64,000 nt of DNA from Chrysomallon squamiferum. Lineage: Eukaryota; Animalia; Mollusca. Shown here one piece after another: positions 15,392-43,333 of the stretch (position 1 is the first letter of the stretch; every line of letters begins with the position of its first letter). Both the position numbers and the translations under genes were made by a program. The stretch covers positions 18,910,001 to 18,974,000 of the forward strand of contig CM022679.1 in assembly GCA_012295275.1 (NCBI GenBank). The letters run 5' to 3'. Under the pieces are notes generated by a model. It did no database searches, was not told the origin of the DNA, and saw nothing but the letters and a program-made list of their open reading frames with translations.

Positions 15392-15410
15392 AAGAAGAAG
15401 AAGAAGAAGA
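15289..15410. repeat. (TAA)n(GAA)n compound microsatellite
   Basis: Seen directly; one of many (TAA/TTA)n tracts in the window. Confidence 0.95.
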
Positions 15411-15550
15411 AAATTAAAATAGTTTGAAACCAAACAATTCCTGTCACCTTCCATTTTATCTTTATAATTTGTAACATAAACACAGTCTAATTTAATTCTA
15501 ACATTCAAATTAATTTGGTCACATATTCTTTCAGAAGTTTGTCAAGAGCG

Positions 15551-17508
15551 TCATCCAGCTTTGTGTTTTATTTTTGATTTATCTTTTTTAATAATTGTCT
15601 TTGTTATTTCCAAAAGTTTATTTTTTCTCTCCTTCAGTTCCGAGATCTCTTCAGTAAGATTTTTGTTCTCTTCTTCAAGGCTGTTGATTATCTGAAAGCA
15701 ATATCGTAGTTAATGAGTAATTCATTATTTGTTAAAGAACAAGTCAACAATAACAGTTATTAGGCATCAAACATGTTATACAGTGATAATGTCTAAAAAG
15801 AAAACGTTGTTTCTTGACCAATGAGTGGGTAAACACTGAAATTATTTAATTTAACTGTAATCTAAAAATACTTTTGATTTTAATCAGAATATAATTTTAA
15901 TGAAACAGACATGAACATTCAGTGGAATAAGATCCACCAAAAACCCTTATTTAAAAAAAATAAAAAAATAAAAAAATAAAAAATAAATAAAATAAAAACA
16001 ACGAACAAAACAAACAAGCCAAAAATCCCAAACAACTAAAATTATGAATCTAGTTTTGGAAAATAATAAGCACTTATATATAAAATCCTTCCACCTGAGT
16101 GAGCTTTTCTTGTTTCTTGGCCTGATTCATTCTGCTACGCTTTGCTGATTCTTTGTTATTCTCTTTTCTCTTTTCAATTTTCGCTTTTTCTTCATCTGTT
16201 AGCTATAATGATAATTATAACAGCAATAATAACGACTACGACGATGATGTTGATGATGACAGTAATAGCATTTTGATACTTGTAAGCAAAGTATATTAAT
16301 CGAACACTTTTCTGTTGTTACAAAATTCAACATTAAATTTTTTATTTGCACATTTAGTATATTTACACAGAGAAAAGCACATATACCAGACAGAGCTGTA
16401 ACCTGGAGACTATTATGTAGATATATCTGTCTAAAGTTGACTACAACCGAAATCAGTAATATCTGTCTCTAAATATGTAAGTGAGTCTGTTTGCATGTGT
16501 CTGAATATGTATATAAATAAATATTACCTCTGATGGTGGTTTTGGAGTAAAATCAACTGTTGGTAATGGCTTGTTGTCATATTTCTTTTCAATGTTAGAT
16601 CTCAGTTTCATTTTTACAACAGAATTTCTAGTTATGATATTTTTCGAAGGATCCTCGACTCCAGGAAACGCGAATACATCTGCGGTTTCGGACACTAATG
16701 TTTGCGATAGAGCGGACTCAGATAAGAAGCTGTCTTCTTGATTTTCATTGCAAAACGGAAACTCTTCTTTTAGCAATGTCTGAACCGTTTCGGGTATATT
16801 TCTTGCTTTGGGTGACAGGTCGGATACTTTATTTGAAGATTCACTGACAATGTCGGTTAAAACATACCCAGTATCGTCAGAATCCATATGGACATAATCA
16901 TCTGTTTTTGTCGTCATATTAGAGTGTGACATAATAACAGAATTTAAGAAGTCTCCGTCACACATTTCATCGAGGACACATGTGTATATTTCCAATGTTT
17001 CAGAATTTATGTCACTTTGTTGTTTGTTCACTTCGTATTGACTCATTTGAGAAACTTCTTGTGATGGTATATCTTTGACCGTTCTTTCATATTTAGATTC
17101 ATTTTTGGAAAATGTTGTGTCAAGATCAGCCTAAAAAATATGTACACCCAAAAAATATTTTATGGTTGCATACAGTAAGAAATAAAAAATAAACACAAAA
17201 ACCCACTAAACAAACACAAACAAATGAACAAATGACAAAACTAAAAAAACTAAAACATTAAAAAAACAAACAAAAAAACTGAAGCAAACTCCCAGTAAAA
17301 CAAAAGAACAACAAAAGCATCATCATCGTCATTATCATTATCAGCAACAACAAGCAATAAAAAATAAAATAAGTCTTTCCCCAGAAAAATAACATGTCAT
17401 AAAAAGATGCTAATAGAAGTTTTATACCCGAAAATGTTAAGACATCTCAAAATATGTACATATGCATCAATATCTCCATCCAGACAGAGAAACAACAGCA
17501 ATAAAAAA

Positions 17509-17554
<46 letters not shown>

Positions 17555-17628
17555 TAAATAAAATATATTAAATAAAATTAATAATGGAAACTTACTTCAT
17601 GTACTGATAGCGTTTTACTCGATGTCAT
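15551..17628 (-). CDS. bZIP transcription factor paralog A, ATF3/Fos-like, 294 aa, 4 exons
   Basis: Exons: 17628-17596, 17130-16528, 16202-16095 (LTDEEKAKIEKRKENNKESAKRSR, N-x7-R basic region), 15691-15551 (zipper L-TQIINS-L-EEENKN-L-TEEISE-L-KERKNK-L, TGA). All junctions are phase 0. The short first exon is the least certain. Confidence 0.88.
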
Positions 17629-17798
17629 GTCGGACAGTTAATTCTTCGAAAAGAACAGGTGATCTGACGTCTCATCAAATATTTTTTTAAACATATAAAT
17701 TTGTAGTATTAACTATTAATCAAAATAAAATCAATTTTAAACAACTAAAATAATTAACTGAGAGAGAATTATTGATACGTTTTCAGTAGTGAAATGGT

Positions 17799-17846
17799 GG
17801 GAATTCCATATTCTGTGACTAAAATATCTATTTTTCGGAAATCCCC
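17799..17846. promoter_or_regulatory. Two NF-kB-like sites upstream of bZIP A
   Basis: GGGAATTCCA (17799-808) and GGAAATCCCC (17837-46, reverse complement GGGGATTTCC), 170-220 bp upstream of the predicted ATG. Confidence 0.45.
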
Positions 17847-18162
17847 CGTCTAAAAATAGTTGTTTTTCCCGGTGGAGTCGTCGATCGCTAGACTAACACT
17901 TTAGAAGTATTTTGCTTGCTTCATACAGTCTGTAAAATGCAGTGCCAGTGATTATGCAAAATGAAACAGTTATTTAACAAAAGATAAAGCCCCATTATAT
18001 TAAAACTGAGGAGATTTTGTATGATTGATGATTGTGTATATATACACATAGATATGTGTAGTCGTATATTGATTATTTATTGGTTATTATATTGTTGTTG
18101 AAGTTATATTATTATTTATTTATTTTATTAACTATTATTTGTGTGTGTATGTATATATGTAT

Positions 18163-18202
<40 letters not shown>

Positions 18203-18423
18203 AATGGTGCCTTGACTTACGAGTTTAATTCGTTCCGTGACCGAGTTCGTAACTCAGTTTGCTCGTATATAAAATCAATTAATTGAAATAACATAAATCC
18301 GTTCCAGCCCCTCCCTAGAATTATAGCCTTTATCGACTCCTTCTGCTTCAGTATGGTACATATCGTAATAGTACTACGCTCATACTGCCTCGCTAAATCG
18401 ACTACACGCACATCTCTGTCATG
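18203..18423 (-). mobile_element. Truncated copy of the same Tigger/pogo family
   Basis: Left TIR-like ggtgccttgacttacgagt plus subterminal sequence shared with the copy at 37826; encodes HDRDVRVVDLARQYERSTITICTILKQKESIK. The second TIR is missing. Confidence 0.8.
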
Positions 18424-18489
18424 CAGAATATAACAAATGAAACACGTGGCTTAAAGCTGTTTGTTTGTTTTTAACACTGTCTGTGGGCC

Positions 18490-18650
18490 ATTTCGTGTTC
18501 CAACTTGTGCACTATGACTGGTATATACTACCCTGTCTGTAGAATGGTACTACTAATCAAACATAATAATACCCCATGAAGTGGCAACAGCGGGTTTCCT
18601 CTCTCAATACAGTGTGGCCCTTAACCATATGTCCTTAAAACATTTCTTTC
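18490..18650 (+). mobile_element. SINE fragment (Meta/MESC-domain type seen in molluscs)
   Basis: ccctgtctgtagaatggt..cccatgaagtggcaacagcgggtttcctctctcaat..gtgtggcccttaaccatatgtcc is recognised from memory as a molluscan SINE body. Weaker related pieces lie near 14120-14145, 39700-39760 and 58715-58755. Confidence 0.55.
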
Positions 18651-20302
18651 TTCTTTTTTTTTTCTGTTCAATGGCTGAGTGTTTAGATAATTCACATATA
18701 AATGCAATCTGTGTGTATTATTATCATTTGAAAACATGTCCATGTTTATAAATGTACTTTCTTTTTGAGAGTTGGGTCGTCCGCATAGTCAAATCGATTT
18801 TAACCATTTTTCTCGTTGTGTTTTCGGCTTCGGAAACGGTATACCTTTCAAATGCTGTACTAGTCATTTGATTTACATGTTCCCCAAGCACATCGTTTTA
18901 TTATTGTGCTTATGATTAATGCCTTCTAACAAAGTAAGTATTAACGCTTGCTGAACAACTGAACAAAACAATGAACAACATAAAAACACCGTTTGTGGGA
19001 CAATATGGCGCCAAAAATAAAGCATTATGGGTGTGTGAAAATAGTGCGCTTTGATTGCTTGAAGTTCCGAAGTGACTGACACATATGGAAACATGAATTA
19101 GTGAGCTTTAGCAAGCTCCCACACATTATTTACAGGTATTACAGTGGCGACATGAACTGTTTTCAAGTAATGAAGGTATGAAGACCCATCATAAAACAGA
19201 GACAAATGGATATGACTTAGTGAGCAAAAACCCTCCAAAATTCGGACAAAACGGTGTTCGAAAGTTGGAAAAAGCACGGAAAAAAAAACGAAAAAAAAAG
19301 AAGAAAACAGTTTTTTGTGTTTTTATCTGCATACAATTTCTGGCAAATCATTCCTTGTGTCCATTTTTACCAAAGAGACCACATATACACTTGAGAACCA
19401 ATATATGAATAGAATAATAATAATAAGAAGAAAAAGAAACGTATTTAGATACATATATTTTTTTTATTATAAAAGTCAATAATGCAATATATGTACAAAG
19501 ATCGTCAACTCCCCCGACAACAATAATATTTATGGAAATTTAAAATGCAAATTAATATAAAATATTTGTGAAAATGGTGTATACAAATTTCCTTTTTAAA
19601 ATTATGATAAGAAATTATTTTAAAAGATTTAAAATTCATAGTTTGTTTCAATCACATAATTAATATTCATTGTGACATTATTATTATTTTTTTTCATTCG
19701 TGGTGCATTAATATCATAAGCTGTGTAATAGATAAAGGTTAAATTACAAATATCTACAAATATATTATCCGAAACTGAAAAACGCCAGTAAGACAACATA
19801 TACCAATAAATTAAAAAAAAAAAAAAAATAAGAGTAAAAACTAAAAAAAATTAAATAACTGCAATTAAAGACATTATATTATGAGCTTTTTCAAAATTTC
19901 TATTTATAAAGGAACCACAATAATAAATCTGATAATGATGATGATGATAATAATAATAATAACAATAATAATAATATCTAGACCTTTATCTAAATTATGA
20001 TTGTCAGGGACTATTTAAACATTTTTATTTTTTTGGTAATATTTTATAATAATTATACCTGTAGTGCTTATTTTTGTACTTTAGAAATTCAGTAAAATAA
20101 AGAATAGAGATATGCATAGTTGTACGTAAACTCCATTAAGTACATTACTGTTTTGTCACCGGTAAAAATGAATATTCAAAACTGTTCAGTATTTTCCGGA
20201 AAGTGTTGGTTCCCCAGTTGTTTCACGTTGTTCAAGAATCGGATAGTCTGCACTGGCTGTCTGGTTGGCCATTCCTTAATCGTGACTTTCGTTTTCGATA
20301 TG

Positions 20303-20838
20303 TCATCCTTGTTCAACAACCTGGCTTAATAAAACCTGCAGCGCCTTTGTAATTTTTTCCTTTTTCAACTGTTTTTGCTTGTAACATTTACAGACGTGGC
20401 CATTCATAATCTGTGAACATTTCTCTTTGTTTGCCTCAAGCATTTTGATATGATTTTGAAGAAGCTCGTTTTCCCGTTCCAGGTCATTAACTCTCTTTAA
20501 AAAAAAAAAGAAGAAAAAAATGAAAAAAGATCATTAAACGTAAGGAGAAAACATTTTTAGTATTTCTAGCACTGAATATATTCTAACTTTTAGACAGAAG
20601 CTTGGTTAGATACGAGTTAATTATTCGTAAAGGCAATTACTTCCATATGCCGTTATCTATCAATGTCCGGTGCTCTCATTGTTTTAAAAAGTTTCTTATT
20701 AAATTTGATATTTTAAATTTAAAACTTAAAGGAAACACAGATACTGTGAGTTTTTCAAAAATGTCGAAGATGCAGTGATTAAAAGAACCATATATATAAA
20801 GCAAATAAAACTTATATATATAAAAAATAATCAATAAA

Positions 20839-20877
<39 letters not shown>

Positions 20878-20997
20878 TTACCAACGATAACAACAACAAC
20901 AATAAAAACAAAAACTAATAAAATACAAACAGCAAAAAATTAAACACTAACAAAAATAAAAATAATAATAATGAGAGAGAGAGTGTGAGAGAGAGAG

Positions 20998-21046
<49 letters not shown>

Positions 21047-21400
21047 TAATAATAAAACATCCAAAGACACCTACTGAATGTTCCTTCATAAAAATAGAGT
21101 AAAATACAGAATCAACCGTTCTAAACAGATAGGTAGGTCAGCTTACATTATCAGCACTACATAATCTTTAATAGTCACAGTTTACATCTCAGTTGAAAGG
21201 CTGGTTCAGATGAATAAACCAACCTTTTCTAGAATCATCAGACGATGTTTCTGGTTTTGTCTGCTTCTCGCTGCAGATTCACGATTCTTCTGTTTCCTCT
21301 GTTCAGCCTTTTCCTTCTCTTCTTGGGATGGCTATAAAAAAAAAAAAAAAAAAAAAAAATAATAATATGCTTGTTATTTTTAGTAGCAAGTAGAAAAAGC

Positions 21401-21437
<37 letters not shown>

Positions 21438-22696
21438 TGGATGTGTGTTTATACACATACATGTACACACACACACAGGCACAAATAAACTAAACGACTG
21501 AAATAAAAGATAAGAAAAAACATTAAAGCAACCATCTAAGCAAAACCCCACAGAATGGTTTCTGTGGCATTGCTTTCAGGAAACAGAATTTACCTCTTGA
21601 GCAGGTTTTGGAGTGAAGTCTACAGGCGGCAGGGGCTTGTTGCCATTCTTTTGTTTGATGGTGTTTCGGATCTTTTGCTTTACGAAATTTTCATCAGCAT
21701 TCTTTTCAAAATTGGGCTGAGGAATGTCAGCTAGTTTAAAAATGTTCGGTTCATCATTTGTAAAATCGGAAGTCTCCTGGCTTTCCAGAGCCTTTACTAT
21801 CTCAGGGATATTGGGTGTTTGTTTGACGAAGCCCGAGCAAGAATTCTTAGCATCAACACCTGAAACATTGATACCGTGAAGTTTTCCAATGCAGTGGAGA
21901 TGGAATGATTAAAATATTTGTCAGAAACAGTGTCAGATTAAGATGCATGTTTTAGCTTCTCATAAAGCTAATTTAAATGATACACGCTATGTTAATCCAA
22001 CATTGTTTCTTTAATTACCAAATGGCACATATGACCATCTGCGTTAGTGTAAAGATGTCAACTATCATCAACTTCTATTAACAAATTTTAGAGATGCCTT
22101 ACCTGTATAACTACTACTGTTAAAGTTATTGTCCAGTGTAAGCAAGTCCTGAATGTCTGACATAACTCCATCAATCTGTTAAAAATGAATGTATATGTTT
22201 TTTGATTACACTAGCTATAAACGTTATGTAAAAAAAAATTATATAATGAAGAAATATATATAGTTTAAAAATATTAATTCAAACAGTCAAAACTATTCCA
22301 TTTAAAAAATCTTGCACATACACACACACACGCACGCACGCACACATAAATATTCTCAAATATGCTTATCTATTTATGTATTAATAAGAACAAACCAGCA
22401 ATCAGACAAAACAAACTTGCCTAAAAATCCAAACATATCTAACAACAAATCTAAACTCACAAAAAAAAACACCTGAAGAAAAGAAAAGAACAGAGAGAAG
22501 AAAATAATGCAATTAAAGAAAAAAAACCACATACACAAATGCACACAAACAATAAACAGTCTGTTTAAAATAAAAAAAAGGAAAAAGAAACTTTAAGTCG
22601 TACTTCAGCAGTTCTTCCTCCATTTTCCATATCCCATAAAAACGAATCGGGTTTCTGTATGCAGTTAATAAAATCCATATTGTCCAAACCCTCCAT
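20303..22696 (-). CDS. bZIP transcription factor paralog B, ATF3/Fos-like, 243 aa, 5 exons
   Basis: Exons: 22696-22604, 22175-22103, 21859-21594 (..FVKQKIRNTIKQK..PVDFTPKPAQE), 21331-21224 (PSQEEKEKAEQRKQKNRESAARSR), 20494-20303 (zipper L..L..L..L..C..H-VCKC, TGA). GT-AG ends, phases consistent. The gene is missed by the ORF track. Confidence 0.88.
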
Positions 22697-23097
22697 CTAT
22701 TTCTGTTCCAGTCTCGATGTTGAACTTTAAATTATTACTTTGACTATATAGTAATATGTTCTACAATCTAGAATTAGTCCCACTAAATGCTAAATAAAAC
22801 AGAGTTGAAATCAAGACTGCTTTACCAGAAAAATAGTGAAGACATAAAAACAACCAATCACAACGTCGTTTTAAAACAGAGATGCCGTGCGGCTATTTTT
22901 GGATTCACGAGTAATAGTCATGCAAAAGAAAAATAATAATAATAAAAAAATATAATAATGATAATAAGATGAAAAATTATACAATTTAAAAAACAATACA
23001 TGAAAACAGTTGTAATAATTAAAATATTTAAAATGTTACTTAATTACAGGACACTTTAAGGATATAATACGCAGTTTATGTAAAAATAACTCTGACT

Positions 23098-23273
23098 GGA
23101 AAATCCCATTCCTGTATTTAAATTATGGTCGCATATCTACTAACTTTAATGCTGACAGTGTTATACATTAAAGTGCACACACATAGACGGCTTGCATCAT
23201 CCATTCACAAATAGGTTTTATTTCATCATTGACTCGAAACAAGGAAATAATATCCATATTTTCCAGTGAGTCA
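23098..23273. promoter_or_regulatory. NF-kB-like and AP-1 sites upstream of bZIP B
   Basis: GGAAAATCCC (23098-107, reverse complement GGGATTTTCC) and TGAGTCA (23267-73); a further TGACTCA at 25146-52. Confidence 0.4.
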
Positions 23274-24192
23274 CCAAGTCGTGTGACTTTTGCTGTGAAT
23301 AAATACATTTATTCTCGAATAAAGGAGAAAACAAATCTTAAGATCACCAGAGGGCTTTGTTAAAAATACATGGTTTATAAATATCCTTTATATATAACGT
23401 AGCAGATTAGTTGATATATATTGCAGACCTAACTGTACTATTTTTCCGTGGTTGTTTGAGTTTTATTTGTTACTTTTATTATTTTTTTATAAACTAACGA
23501 ATAAAACTTATAGGCACAGAGAATAAGAGAAAGACATGGTGTTAGAGAAACATATTTTTTATAAGCAATAGTTTCACAGACAGATACAACAAATTTAATA
23601 TAATTTAAACAAACAGACAGACACAGATAAAGACTGATTTTAAATTATTTTATATTTGAAGGTGGATTTTATTATTATTACTTTCAAATTTGTATGACAA
23701 TTTTTCTGATAAGAGTTAGAACACAAAAAGGAAATAATCATTTACCAGAATCAGTTTTAGGCACAACTTCATTTTAGTATTTAAATTTCATGAATTTGTC
23801 AGAAGGCTATGAATCATAAATAGGTAATATGAAATAAAATCACTTCCTTCTTCTTTGTTCCGTTATGGTAAAAAATATCAGAATAGGAAGAAATAGGATA
23901 TAGTAAATAAATAAACATATAATAATAATAATAATAAACAACAAAAATGAATATTTGTGCATATTTGGCCATTGCTATGCGCATAAATTGAGAAATGAAA
24001 TTAAAATGAAGAACATCGGAACTTATTATTGAAAATATTTATTTATTCTCCTTGTTTTTTTTTTTTTTTCATTTTCTTCTTTCATTTCTTTTCTTTTCTT
24101 TATTTCTCTATATTTTTATTCTTTTTAAAGAGCCGTAATGAATGAAACAAATGTTTCGTAATTCTTTGTTCACAAATTGTAATTCATTATTA

Positions 24193-24253
<61 letters not shown>

Positions 24254-24714
24254 CTTATTATTATTATTATTAAAGCTCCTGTATATTAACTGATGATAAA
24301 CACAACAGGACATAATAAAAACATTGCGTCTCAAAAGGGATCTGCGGAAATAAATTGGTTACAGAACTGAGAAAAACCTATTACAAGTTTATACCATGGG
24401 AGGCAAGTAAGACAAACAAGCAGTTTCTGAGGTACGAGTTTTATCCCTTGCAATAGATCTTTAATAAAAAATAAAAAAGAACAAATAACAACGATTCAGT
24501 GTTTTATTTATTACAATTTTATGCATCTCGCTCAGTTGAAATCACATATACTCGTTGTACTGATGACTGGCAGAAACAACTTTTATATATTTTGTGAAAA
24601 ATAAGCGTAATTATTACATCATTAAATATTGCTATCATTTTACTGATAGAACATAATAATATCTAATAAATATGATCTGTAAAAAAAGAAGAAAAATATT
24701 TACCTAATAATAAC

Positions 24715-24761
<47 letters not shown>

Positions 24762-25223
24762 AATCAGAAAGATATAATTAAAAAGGAAACCCAAACAACC
24801 AAATAACATTCCATGCAAATGATATCATATTATAACAAGGGAATAATGAACTACTTTAAACAATAAATAAATAGATAAATAAATAAATAAACAAACAAAT
24901 ACTGTTAGATAAATTAATCTTAATCACCTGACCTGCCTATTCTTCAATGTCGAAAACTATTTTTGAACGTAAATACAAAATTATTATCATAGAACAAAGC
25001 CAAAAACAGTAGGGTATGCTCTCACCATCCTATTTGACGATGTCCTCATAAAAAACTGCTCATAATGAGAAAACTAATCAGTCCAGTTAATTAATTAATC
25101 TTAAGGTTAATTTTTTCATAAATATATATTAATTACTTTACTAGATGACTCAGTGACAAATGTAAAAAAAAAAAATAAAAATAATAATACTAATAAAAAT
25201 AATAATAATAATAAAAAAAAAAA

Positions 25224-25259
<36 letters not shown>

Positions 25260-25520
25260 TAAAAATATTAAAAATAAATAGCACCTGGTGAATGCTTGTA
25301 TTGTTAAGTTAATAAATACTGTATTGAACATGTGACTGTATTAGTTTGTTGAAGTTGCAAATAACCAACAGTGACGTTCTCAGATTTCATTATAATGCAA
25401 ACATTTATGTCAATTAATCTAATAACCATTAATGTTGAAATATCTAAGATTAAAATTCTGATGATTTATCGATTCATTCAGCTGGTCATACATTATCGAT
25501 CACATTTTGAAACACACAAA

Positions 25521-25625
25521 AGAACTAACAAGATAAGAGATCACACCCAGTTGTTGTGGGTGGGGGGTATTTTATTGCTGGTGGTTTTATCTTTTTCAGT
25601 TATAACAAAAACAGAAAGTTGAAAC
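25521..25625 (+). repeat. Arm 1 of a ~95-bp inverted repeat (partner at 28685-28785)
   Basis: gataagagatcacacccagttgttgtggg..ggtattttattgctg..gttataacaaaaaca is the reverse complement of the partner arm, with some mismatches. Confidence 0.85.
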
Positions 25626-26183
25626 AAAAAAAAAGAATAAAGAAAGACAGATTTTGTTTTTAAACGCTCGGAAATAAACATATTAATGTACACTTATATA
25701 TATTTTCTACTATTTATTTTAAACAAAAATTATGCACGTTACTATTTATTTCTAATTTCATTAAAAAATCACATTAAAAGGTATATGCGACTTCATTTAC
25801 GATGTCACAACACAAATTTTATATTTTTGTTCTTTATGTAACAACTCATTTCATATTCAGTGCTACTCTGTTCAAAATGATGGCGCCTTGTGATCCATCT
25901 GGAAATTATGCTAGGGACCTTATGTAGAGAAAGACGTAGTATTTATTATTTATTTAGTAAATTGATAAACTTTGACTGAATGTATTTATCTTGTAAACGT
26001 CCTTTAAAACTACTTAATGGAAGTATTTACATAAAAGTAAACAAACAAACAAACAAACAAACAGACAAATAAATGAATGAATGAAAGAATAAATAAATAA
26101 ATAAAAGAGAATACGTGTATTAAAATAAATAAATAGCTAAAATAAAGTAAAATTAAATAAAAATAAAATAAAATAAAATAAAA

Positions 26184-26218
<35 letters not shown>

Positions 26219-26412
26219 ATACAAAGACGCCTACAAACAAAGTAATAAATTTCACAACCAAAAACAACAACACAAATAATTCTTCTCAGACTGACTATAT
26301 TTGATAAAGAACATTTTATTGAAGAGCAAATTAACAATGAAATTCTGAAAAAAGTAGTATTCTATTCTTGATCTATAATATACTTATATAGATATATAGA
26401 TAGATGATGATG

Positions 26413-26530
<118 letters not shown>

Positions 26531-27157
26531 ATAAATGGAACAGGAAATCTCAAATACTGAATTAATCAGCTGCATCAGGGAGCATAAACAAATATAAATC
26601 CAGGCTTTTAGTTTCATCTAAAACATTTCTATAATCTACAATTAATCTACGACAGGACTATCATTCTATGAAATTAAATAAAATAAAGTCACACACACAC
26701 ACGTGAGCGCGCGCGCGTGCACTCACACACACACACACACAAACACACACAGAGACACACACATACACAAACACACAGAAACACACGGGTTTGACCTCAC
26801 TAATCCAGCAAGCTTCGGACAAGACAGGTGCCGAAGAAAAGGATTGTCCGAATCAGTGCAACTTAGGGAAAACTTAAATTCAGCATTGTTGGATCTCTTT
26901 ATGACAAAATGCTAGGCCTTGTTGTTTTTTGTTTTGTTTATCACATTAACACCTTTTGTTGCAGGTGCGCTGGTGCTGCCATAGCTGGTCAAAGGAGACT
27001 TTGCAAAGTAATGACGGCCAGATTGAAATCAGCGATCTGAACTGTCGTTGTTGACGAACTAGTGAATGCTGGACTAGTCCAACCTGTATTTATAGCTTGA
27101 ATTATATGTGGACCAGACATAAATAAAACTGAAGTCTATCATTCAAGTCGGCCATGT

Positions 27158-42989
<15,832 letters not shown>

Positions 42990-43333
42990 TATTATATCTA
43001 CTATATACTTTAAAACAGAAATTATCACAACACAATCATATTATTATATGTAAAATTCAGTAACATAGGGAATGATGAAAGACAGTCCTCTTTTAACACA
43101 TATCTGTCGCGTCTCCTGTAGTCAGACAAACTCTCTTCTGACGTTATTTCTACATTCTATCAATTCATTTAGCAGCTCAGTGTAAGAGTTATGTAGTGTC
43201 ATTGCGGAATTGAAACGTCAGTCTTATATATTTCTTTTAATGACCTCGTAACTGCCTTTTGGTGTTGAAATCGTATTTTTTATTTTTTATTTTTTATTTT
43301 TTGTCAGCTTCATCGAGTTACGTCTTAGTCTAT
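42990..43333 (-). other. Probable 5' UTR part of the first coding exon of GluN2
   Basis: A strong pyrimidine-rich acceptor (ttttctgtttttctttatttcag on the minus strand, ending at 43334) lies 344 nt upstream of the ATG, implying further non-coding exon(s) to the right. Confidence 0.5.

Noticed and set aside
26945-27157. Stop-codon readthrough or an extra coding exon after the GluN2 stop
   Set aside because: A second in-frame stop follows three codons later; the candidate acceptor is poor and the peptides are unrecognisable.
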